The translations under genes were made by a program, and so were the position numbers. Below, piece after piece: positions 42,201-54,200 of a stretch of DNA of 64,000 nucleotides. The stretch comes from a virus. A model generated the notes under the pieces. That model worked only from the letters and a program-made list of their open reading frames with translations. It was not told the DNA's origin and did no database searches. Each line of letters opens with the position of its first letter. Position 1 is the stretch's first letter. Where the stretch lies: positions 1 to 64,000 of IMG/VR virus record IMGVR_UViG_3300020411_000483; one strand, given 5' to 3'.

Positions 42201-45200
42201 AGAATTATTTGCAATTCTAACCTTATGATTTGTAGTGAGGTCATGCTCACCGATTGTTACTGTTAGAAGTCCAGTAGCAGGTACGAATGATGCAGCAGAT
42301 ACATCGTAACCGATAGCAGGAGACTTACCAACATTAACTGTAATTACACCTGACTGCTTTCTAATACCGTTTGTAGCAGCAGAGACGAATGAATGAGTTG
42401 TAGTATCAGATGATATACCAACATTAACTTGGAAAGTATCTGTAGCAACGTTAGAAATCTTTAACCACTTACCGTAATATGGGTCTGTCTTTCTAGGATA
42501 TGCATGGTCTGTCTGATTTCCATCAAGAGCACATCTCATTACTAGAGACCCTTCAACGATTTGAATGTAATCGTTATTGGAGTATCCATGAGAAGGAACT
42601 GTAATTACCATTACACCTGTAGAAGGTGTATAAGCAACGTTAGTAGCAGTAGTAGAAACATATCCTACTTCATCAACACGAATAGACTTGCTTTGACCAT
42701 ATGGGTCTGTAGCACGAGGATAAGTCTTATTAGAAGACCCTCCGTCCATTGTGCAGTTGAATGTTAATGAATCATTAGCAAGGACAATGTTAGATCCAAC
42801 CTGAATGCCATGCTGACCAATAGTCAGTGTCATGTCACCAGTTACAGCATTGTAAGTAGCAGCAGATGGAGTAAACTGTGCGTTTGTACCAGCAGCACCA
42901 ACATTAACTGTAATCTGACCATTCTGCCTCTTCATTCCGTTATTTAAAGCAGAAGCAAAGTTATGAGCAGTAGTATTAGTTGAAGTACCAACTTGAATAT
43001 CAAATTGAGTTGTAGTTACATTAGTAATCTTTAACCACTTACCGAATGTTGGGTCAGTAGTCCTTGGATATGCATGGTTAGTAGCATTACTGTCTTGTGC
43101 ACAAGTAAAGGTTACAGCACCAGCATCAAACTTAACTCTATCACCAGCAGAGAATCCATGAGCATCTAGGGTAATTGTCATTACACCTGTAGTTGGATTA
43201 TATGCTGCAAAACTTGGAGTATGACTTGTTGAACCAATAGCAGTTACAGCCTTCAACTTACCTGAAGTCCTAGTATCATGTCCAGGACGAGGATATGTCT
43301 TCTGAGACTGGTTATTGTCCATTGCACAAGTGAATGTCAATGAATTATCATCAATCTCAACGAAGTCATCTGTAGTAATATCATGTGTACCAATGGTTAA
43401 TACCATATCACCAGTTGCAGGATCATAAGTTGCAGCAGATGGAGTATATGGAATATAATCATCAGGTTGAGTTGACTTACCTACATTAACTGTAAATGTG
43501 TTGGTAGTTGCTTTAACAATTGGTAATACCTTATTGTAGAAAGGATCAGATGTCCTTGGATATGTGTGCTCTGAACCAAACTCATCTAAAGCACATTCAA
43601 ATGTAAGTGATTCTTTATCGATAGTGATAGAAGAACCTTCCTTATGGAATGCATTAGTCTTACCAGATACAAATGTATGAGCATGGTCTCCACCAGACAT
43701 TATGACTGCTCTGCTAACACATCCAGAAATTGCAGAAACGAATGTATGAGTTGAAGTATTAGAAGAAGCACTCACATTTACATTAAATGTATTTGTAGTT
43801 ACACCAGAAATCTTCAACCACTTACCAGAAGCAGGGTCTCTAGTTTGAATACCATTTGCACTAGCAGAAACAAATGTATGAGTTGAGGTATTAGAAGATG
43901 GAGTGATGTCTAATACTTGGACATCGAATGATGTAGATGCTACGTTAGAAACTTTTAACCACCTAGCACTTACAGGGTCAGAAGCACGAGGATAGGTTTT
44001 ATTAACTGTATTGCCATCCATTGCACATGTAAATGTCAATGAATCATTAGCAATCTTAATCTCATCACCATTTGCTAGGTTATGAGCAGCAGTTGTAGTA
44101 ATGCTTAAGATACCTGTTGTTGGGTTATAAGCAGTACCAGTTGTTGCTGTAAATTGAGCACCAGCAGCACGAGGATAGGTATGGTTTGTTGCGTTGCTAT
44201 CCTGAGCACAGGTAAAGGTTAATCCATTATCAGCAATCTTAACCCACTCACCATTCTGGAATCCATGACCATTAATGGTTAGTGTTAAAACACCTGTTGC
44301 AGGGGTGTAAGACGCTGTAGATGGTGTATATGTGTTATTTGCATTCTTGAATGTATGAGCATAAACTCCACCTGCCTTAACTGCACCAGCAGTAGCAGAT
44401 ACGAATGCGTGAGTTGTAGTATTAGAAGAAATACCAACGTTAACTGAGATAACACCAGTTTGCTTCTTAATTCCGTTAGAAGTTGCAGAAACGAATGTGT
44501 GAGCAGAAGTGTTAGTAGATGGTCCTGTGTTAACATCAAATGTGTTAGTTGTTACTCCAGTAACAGGCACCCATTGTGATGCAAGAGGATCAGTTACACG
44601 AGGATATGTGTGGTTAGTAGCATTACTATCCTTAGCACATGTAAATGTTAATGAATCTGCATCAAACTTAACCATATCTCTTGCTCTGAGCAATCCATTA
44701 GATGCCCAAGAGATGAAGGTATGTGCAGAAAGGTCTTGTGACTTATGAACGTCAACTGTAAATGAATTAGTATCAATCTTAGTAATTGGTAACCACTTAC
44801 CAGATACAGGATCAGATGAGCGAGGATATGTATGGAATGTAGCATCACTATCCTTAGCACAAGTCATAGTCAATGAATTGTCTACGATTTGTATTCTGTC
44901 ACCGTTAGAGAATCCATGACTTGATAAAGTAATGGTTAATATACCAGTAGCAGGAGCATAAGATGCAGCAGTTGGAGTATGTTGTGTAGCTCCAGTCAAT
45001 CCATGACTGTTGCTGGTAATTGTTAACTTACCAGTAGTAGGTGTATATGCAGCAGTAGATGCAGTTAGGTTTGTAGTACCAACTCCAGTAACCTCTATTG
45101 CAGTATCATATGCTCTATCTTTCTTCTGCTTAACTCCATTAGAAACAGCAGATACAAATGTATGAGCAGAAGTGTTAGTAGAAGGTGCAGAATCTAATAC

Positions 45201-48200
45201 CTGAATATCAAAGCCATTTGTAGATACGTTAGAAACTTGAATCCACTTATTAGCAATTGGGTCAGTTGACCTTGGATATGTGTGGTTAGTTTGGTTAGAG
45301 TCAGCAGCACAAGTGAATGTTAAGCAATTAGCATCTAACTTAACCCAATCACCATCCAACATGCCATGACCACCAACAGTAAGACTTAAAATACCTGTTG
45401 TAGGGTTATATGTAGCATTGGTTGGTGTATGATTTAAAATATCTGTTCTTGGATAGGTATGGTTTGTAGCATTACTATCCTGTGCACAAGTAAATGTTAG
45501 AGAGTTATCTGCAAACTTGATGCTATCACCAACTAATAGGTTATGAGATCCAATAGTGATGTCCAAAGCACCTGAAGCAGGTGTAAATGAAGCAGCAGAA
45601 ACGTCATGCTGAATTATTGGAGACTTACCAACATCTAATTGTATAGTATTATCTTTCTTAACTACGCTGTTATGATCCCATCTTAGATAAGTATGTGCAG
45701 AAATATCAGGAGACTTACCAACGTTAATTGTAAATGTATTAGTAGTTACAGCAGAAATTGTTATCCAACTATTAGCAACTGGGTCTGTTGCTCTAGGATA
45801 TGAATGATCAGACTGGTTATTATCCTTAGCACAACTGAAAGTTACAGCACCATCAGAAAGTTTAACTTGGTCATTAACTGCAAATCCATGTCCTATTAAG
45901 GTAACAATCATTTCACCTGTTGTAGGTGTATAAACTGCATTAGTAGGAGTATATGGAGTACCTTCATACTTGATAGGAATTGCTTCTTCATATACTGGGT
46001 CAGTTGACCTTGGATAAGACTTAATTGCATTATTGTCATCCATCGCACAAGTAAAGTTGAGCGAATTATTTGCCAACTTAATTGTTTGACCAGCAGCGAA
46101 GTTATGATCACCAATGGTTAATGACATCAAACCAGTTGCAGCATCGTAAGTAGAAGCAGTTGGTTTGTAAGCAACTAAAGGTTTCTTACCAACGAATATT
46201 TCAAAAGTATTTGTTGATACTACACCAACTTCAATCCATTTCTCTGATGCAGGATCCTCTGGTCTAGGATATGCGTGCTCGGACTTATTACCGTCCATAT
46301 CACAAGTCATTGTGACTGCACCATCTTCCATCTTGACCTTATCGCCAGGATTTAAACCATGACCGTTAGAAGTAACGACCATAATACCTGTGTTGGCATC
46401 ATAAGTTGCACCTGTTGCTGTGATAGCAGCACCAGCAGTCAAACCATGAGCTGCCTTGGTTAGAGTCAATTCTCCAGTTGAGGTATCATAAGATCCTGTG
46501 GTAGGAGTAATTGTTGATGGAGAAGCGTTAGTAGAATCAGTAATAGTTGTATCAGTGACCTGAGTTAATCCATGATCACCTAATATTTGAATATGTTGGT
46601 TAGTAATAATTTGCTGTGCTAACCTAGATAACTCTTCATGTACCCAGATTGTCTCTTCTACTTCAGTTTCAATGTGGTTAACAGTGATAGGAGATACATT
46701 TCTATTAACATAAAGTGCAGCAGCATCCCAAAGATAACTGTTACCACCGTTTCTTACATCTTTTATTAGAGCATCGATGATATCTTGTACGTCATCAGTG
46801 CAATTTACAGTGCCAGTAAGGACATTGAATGGTGAATAAGGTGACTGATGCTCCAATCTCCATACAACTTCCTTAGCAAGGAATTCCTTATTACTATTAA
46901 GTAAATCAGCAGCATTAAGATATCTGTGAGTATTCAGACTATGAGCAGATAGGTTACCACCTGTCTTTCTCTTAGTAGCAAGAATAGCATCATTATTAAA
47001 GTAATCTCCATCTACCCAAGTTCCAGTACCAGACCAATCATCAACATAAGTTGCTGCGTCAGGACCATCAAAGTGATATAGTAATTTTGTATTACTATCT
47101 CCTTGGAAAATACCAGTTGGAAGAGTATAAGCACCTGTATATCTTGCAGTTGTTGAAACTCTTACTTCATCAATATGACCATTAAATCCTGTAGCACCTG
47201 CATAGTCAGCACCGATATAAACTGGTTTAGAAGCACCGTAGTTGTTATTATCAGTATAGGTACTACCAACCTGTGCTCCATTTACAAATATCTTAGTTGA
47301 AGTGCCAGTCTTAGTAACAGCAACATGATACCATGTGTTTATTGCAAGAGTGCCACCATTAGCAGCAGCTGTATTTCCTACAGCAACTTTAAGTGCAGTG
47401 CCATCAGTATAAAGTCTAAGAGCAGTATCTGTAGCAGATGCACTTCTAGTATCAATAATTGTATGCTCTCCAGTTACATTAGCAGGACGAATCCATGCTT
47501 CAAGAGTAAGAGCACCAGTGCCGAATCCAAATTCTTGGTTTGCAGCAACAAGTAAGTAGTCACCAGTACCATCAAGTAATAGAGATGCAGTGCCCCACTT
47601 CTTCTGAGCAGTGTCTAATTGTGCTCCACCATTGAATGTAACAGTATGGAAGTCAGAACCAGAAGCAGTTGACCTACCCATCTTACCTAGGTAAACAGTG
47701 CTTCTTGCTTGGTTATAACCAATAACTTCTGCCTTAGAATTCCTAGACCTAATTACATTACCTTGGTTAAAGAATCCAGCACCTTGCTTATCAGTAAAGG
47801 TTAGTTTTCTTACAAAACCTTCTTCATTTTCTAGGAAAGTACCAGAGTTATTTCCATAATCAATTTTATAATTTCTAATAAACTCATTTTCTTGGAATGT
47901 TCCAGTAATATTTGTTGTCTTAATAACGTAGTTGTTAATCAACTCGTTAGCAGGGAATTTAGAATCAAATGCTGTTAGATTATCAGTAAAGTCAACAATA
48001 GAAATCTGAGACTGTGAAATATCATCCAATACAACGTTTGGATAAGTCTGAGATGCAATTCTGTTGAATAGTAGACCGAAGAATGAGGATCCTTCAGATA
48101 TATTGACCTGACTAATAAATTCGTTAGTTACAGGGTCTTGATAAGGACTTGTAGATGCAATTGTTGCAACAACACCAGACTTAGCAGCAATGATAACATC

Positions 48201-51200
48201 ATTTAACTGAATATCAAATAGACCTGGAGTAGACTGATAAGTACCAGTTGTCTTACTCAAGACCAAAGCATTGGTAATAGTAATGTCTGTGCCGTATAAT
48301 GGAGTATTCTCTAACTGTGCAGTAGCAGCAGTACCAAGTTGTGCTCTTGTTACTCCAAGAGTTGTAGACTCTGCACCATCAGTAATAGTATCAACTCTGA
48401 ATATTTCAGAACCAAACTGGTAATTCTTAGTAGCAACGAATGTGCCAGCAGGTAAAGCAGCAGCAGCACCAGTTACAGGTACTACTTCAAATGATGTTGT
48501 GGATTGACCGATTGTATAACGTAGTTTTGCAAGAGGAGTTTCTTGACCTTTTGCTAGGTTAATTTCTTCAATCTTAGCAGTATTACCCTCAAAGTTAGTA
48601 ATAGTCTCACCAAACATGAATAGACCATTATTAACAACGTCTGTTTGACTATTCAGTGTTGCTGAGAAACCAGTTGCACTAACGTTAACTAATTCACCAA
48701 TAGTGAATGTACCTTCAGTGATATAACCAAAGATATCGTTACCAACAACAGAAGTTACTCTAAACTTAGCAGCAGAAGAAGATCCAACTACATATTGACC
48801 TGCTATTGGGAAGATACCACTAATATTACTAAAGACGAATTTCTTAGTTGCAATCTGTGTAATAGTTACAGATGCATACTTAATACTTGCAGGTGGTTGA
48901 GGTGGCTCACTAAAGACGATGTTGTCACTCTGGACTTGGAAAGAAATACCAGGAGTCTGTGCAATACCGTTAAGAATAATCATCAACTGGTTTGCGTTTG
49001 CAACAACGTTGTCTCCAGAAACTGTTAGAGGGAATGCAATTCTTTCACCGTCAAATAGGTTAGAAATATCATCAATTCTCTGGACAACAGAAGTCAAGAT
49101 ATTCTCAGAAGATGTTAATCTCTTCTGTCTGAATAATACCTCAGTGTTATTAAATTCTTGATAGACTGGCTCAACTAGAGCAAAGTTTTGAATATTTGGA
49201 ACAATTGCTGATTGTGCCAATTCAACTGACTTAGTTAACTGGAATGCAGTTTCTTTGTTTGGAATTGACCCATATTCTTGTAGATTTAATTCTCCAAATA
49301 CCTTAAATGATGCAGGGTGGACATTTCTAAGTAGAATATCTTTCCACTCACTAATAGAAGTAGCAGAGTTAACTGCATAAGAGAAGTCCTGATAATAGTA
49401 GGAGTCTTGAATCTTCTGAATGATTTCTGAAGGTTTACCTACGTCATCGATAAATTGACCTGTAGTTTGAGTGATAGACCCGATTTCTAGGACACCCTTA
49501 GCAATATTGAGGTCAGAGATAACACCAGAAGACTTAGAGATAACACCAGTTATCTTTTGTCCTTCAATGAAATCACCAGTGTAGTCAACAATCTTAAGGA
49601 TTCTAGGTCCAATCTGCCAACCATTGTTTTCAGAAACATATCCAGTAGCAGTTGCAGTAGCAAATGTATCACCTTGATATACTAATTCACCTTCGTCAAA
49701 GACTGAAGTTGCAACGTTAGCAGTAGCAGCACCACCGAAGGATTCGGTCAATACTTGCTGTCTTCCAGTACCTGCGTTAACGAAGCTAATAGCATCTCCT
49801 AAAGCTGCGTTACTAGCAGTAATTGCCAGTTTCAACTGGTCAGTTTCTAATGAGTTTGCTGCTCCAGCAATAGCATAGTAAGTAGTAGAAGAGTTTAATC
49901 TACCAATAGCACCAGCAGCAAGAGGATACTCAGCACCATCACCAGTATCAACTACATTAAGTGTTACAGCAGATCCATTCGCAATACCATGTGGGAAAGC
50001 AAACTGTAGTAATCCCAAGTCAAGGTTTACAACATAGTTAAATGCAGACCTTAAAGCAATTGTAGGTGTAGATGAATATCCAGCACCTGGATCCTTAACG
50101 ATTATATTATCTAATCTACCATTCTTAATAGATGCTTCAGCAACAGCACCAGATCCACCACCACCTGTAATTACAACAGCAGGTGCTTGTGAATACCCAG
50201 AACCTGGGTCAGTAACTGTAATACTAGCAAGTATAGATGTGCTAGTTAATTGACAGTTTAGAGGGAAAGTAATCTCAGGACGTAAAGTATAGTCATGAGG
50301 ATAATCATAACCAAAGTTATTATTCTTAAGTTTCTTAATTTTACCAACTTTATCTCCTTTAGTGAAAATAGATGCACCACTACCAGAGGAAGGAATGACA
50401 ACAGTCAATTCTGCTCCAGAACCAGTTAGTCCACTACCAAGTATGCCAGGAATTGAGTCAATGTCAATAGATGCAGTAGTATAATTCTTACCTGGAGAAG
50501 TAACAGCAACACTGTTAATCTGACCTGGAATTGTTACACCTTCAGCATCAGTGCCATCTGCAACTGTAATTGATACTAAACCACCTTCACCATCACCAGC
50601 AATAGGTACTCCAGTGTATTCTCCTACAGCATATTCAGTACCTGGAGTCTTAATATCAACTCTCTCAATCTTTCTTGTTGATTCAATATTAGAAATAATA
50701 GGTAATTTAGTATAGAAACCACCTGAGTTAACAATACGAATAGAAGCAATTGAACCAACTGCCTTAACAGAACTGGTAGAGTAACTAGAAGGAGATACTT
50801 CAGCAGCACCTTCTGGCTCATTTGCCAATATGAATCGCATAGCATCATCACCTCTAGTAATTGTCGCACCAGAAGTAGATGAAATTTCAAATGTACCCTT
50901 ATAAGGAGAATCTACAACATCAAGATAACTTCCTGGAATTACAGGAGATGTATCAGATGTAGTCCTAGATGGGTCGAAATAGTAAGAAATATTAGTAACA
51001 ACATCACCATCAACTTTAAACTTAACAGATGGAGTAGGTACACCTTGACCAGTTACTCCAGGTGTTCCAATTCTTTCAATGCTGTTAAAGGAATATTCGA
51101 GTTTATAGAGACTATCTTTAGCAAAGGATAGGTTACCACCAACCAAAGATGAATGGCTGAGGTCAAAGATATATTGGTGTCCATAGAACATCTTCAGAGT

Positions 51201-54200
51201 TGGGGACTTCACAAAGATGCTAACATTACCAGGAGTTGTAGCAGGATCAGTTACTGCTGCCTGTGGCAGTTTGTAAGTGAATTCCTTAACACTAATAACA
51301 TCTTTTACAAAGAATGCACCATCATATTCATCATAAACTACAGAGTTATATGTCTGTGATGGGTTACCATCAACATAAACCATTTCACCAGGTGTGAGAT
51401 AATGACTTGTAGATGTAATTACATAAACTTGGTCACTATTAGCAACTGAAGAAACTTGAAGAATCTTAGTTAAATTTGCAACAAGAGTAATCTTAGTAAC
51501 AGCAGTCAATCCAGTGATTTGAAGAGTGCTGTATGCAGCATTAAATGAAGTCTGGTTAGCAGGGACATCTACAACAGATCCAACAATATATGCTGACCCT
51601 CCTGCAACTTCATCGATTCTTACAGTATAGTCACTACCAGACCATGCTTTAAACTTAGCAAAACTATCAAGGTTTTGACTACCACCAGCATTATAAGTGC
51701 CGTCTAAATTATAATCGTCTAGGTCAATATCAAATGTACCAGGAGTTGTGTTATTAACTTCTGCAAATGTATATGCAGCAATTTCATTGGTATCATTTGG
51801 TATAGGACCACGAATACCATAAGTGGATTGCTCATCAAATCTTTCTGTAGAAAGTTGACCTGTATTGGTATCGTTAGTCCAAACATTATTATTAACAGCA
51901 ACGTAAACCTTATTATTATCCTTATCAACACTGGTAATATAACCACTATTAATAAAGGTGTTGCCATTCTTGAGCATCAACTTAGCACCAACAGTAAAGT
52001 TGAATGCTTGGTTGATAGTTAATTCTTGTATATTATCAATCTTAGAAGTATCTGTTACCTTAAAGAAGTAACGGTCTTTAACCTTAGCAGTTGCATTAAC
52101 CTTAGTAGAACCAGGAGAAGGAACTGTACCTGTCCTAGATGACCAAATATCTTGGACATAAGTCATTGATTCAGTTGCTTCAGTATATGCTACGTTAGCA
52201 TCGTCAAAGTCTAGTGACTGGAATCCAGCATCACCTAATGATAGACCAACATTACCGATAGTCAAAGTTGACCCTGTAACAGGAGTAATAGCAGTCCTTG
52301 TTAGAGAAAGTTGTGTATTTGTAAATGCAGTTTTAACACCTAATCTTGCAGCATCAGCATTCTTATCAACTTTCAGTCCAACAGCATTAAAGTCAATGTA
52401 ATCATACTTATTAAGATGATTAGTAAACCATGCATCATCTACCCAGTCAAATGTTAAACCATAACTTGCTACTGGAGGTAGAGTTGTAATATCAGAAGGA
52501 ACTGTAGGAACAAGTGCCCTATTTCTCAATCTAATGTTATCAATATAGAATTGTCCTTGCTTACCAGCAGAGAAATCTGTTGCACCACTACCGAAACCAA
52601 TCTGGTTACCAAAGTAGAGTGTCTTATTACCGAGTGAAGTATTTGATTGTGTGCCACTTAATACTTCAATACCATTAACATATGCTTTAAATGTATCACC
52701 ATTCTTACTTACTCCAATTGTCTGCCAACTGTTATTAGCATACATTGTTGTCTGAGTAGACTCAATAGCACTACCAGCAGCAATTGTAGTAGAATTATTA
52801 GTTACAACGAAAGTTAACTTACCGTTAGAAGTATTATATCCTAACCATAGTCCACCAGTTGCATCTTGAGCACCACCAATACCTACAAGAGTTTGGAAAC
52901 CTTGAGATAAAGTCTGTGATTCACTAGCATTCTTATAGATGAAGAATTCAAGAGTCCAGTTATCACCTAGTTTTGTACCTAATTGAGTATTAGTTACAGA
53001 AAGATATGAATTGACCCATGTAGAGTTAGATCCAGCAGGGTTATATCCATATATCTTCGCCATATTATCGGCGACTGTAACTGAGTTAGTAGTTTGTCCA
53101 ATTCCAAGTGTATAATGACCTGTTATATCAGTTGTTTGGTTACTTGCAAAGTCGTATATAAATTCGTTTCTATTATGAGATGCCTGACCAAATACATGAA
53201 GGTCACCTGAATTATCAATATCAAGTGAATGTGCAGTCCATCCCTCAGTAGTATTTGCGGTAGCAGTATCAACACGGAATTCATTACTTGTATGATTTAA
53301 CATCGTGCCATCATACTTAATCTTAGCAGTGTTAACTATCTTCTTACCATCTACCTGAGAGGCAGAATGAGTATAAGCAACGTTAACATCACCAAAGATA
53401 TCAACTCTAGTCTTACCAACTACTTCAATATCTCTTGCTTCTGCAACATATCTCTTATTCCAAAGTACTGCACCAGCAGCATCAAACTTACAAATCCAGA
53501 AACTATCCTTAGTTACATCATCAGACTTAAGTCTACAAGTAGCAGTAACATAGAATTCGTTAAATTCATCAAAACATACACTAGCATTCTGGAAGGAATA
53601 TAGAGTATTGCTTATTTCTTTAATCCATTCAATCGTAATTACATTAATACCTACAGTTGCTTTACCAAAGGATACGTTAATATCATTTGAAGCAGCAGAT
53701 GTAGATGTCTCCATAGTAAAGTAAACTGAACCATCACTAGCAACTGTAATGTCAGTAATCTTCTCATTTCCAGCAGCAGTTGCTAATTTTCTCTTAACAA
53801 CGAAAGAACCAGCAGTATCAGTAACTGCTAAGAATGCATCATAAGGATTAGCAGAGTTAGTATTAGTATAACCACCCATTATGAAACGAGTAGGATTGCT
53901 AGACAACTTAGTCAGAGCAGTTACATAATCTTCTCTAGTAGAACCTGAAATACCAGCATATGCCTTCTGAATTGCTAATCCAGCACTCAAACCATTTGAT
54001 GCTTCAAGATACTTACATAGGATTACATCAGGGTTATATGCATCCAATACAGTAATATTTGGTCTATTAGTACCAGCAACCCAAATATCATTACCATCAA
54101 CGTAAATCTTATTAAATTCTAGGTAAGTTGTGCCTGTGTTAGGAGCAGTAGATTCTAATGTCTTCTCCCATTCCTTAACACCAGTAGCAGACAGTTTTGC

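Noticed and set aside
40228-46514. Recurrent DNA repeats as a possible CRISPR array or mobile element
   Set aside because: The repeats are in-frame, degenerate at synonymous sites and irregularly spaced; there is no repeat-spacer pattern or transposase.
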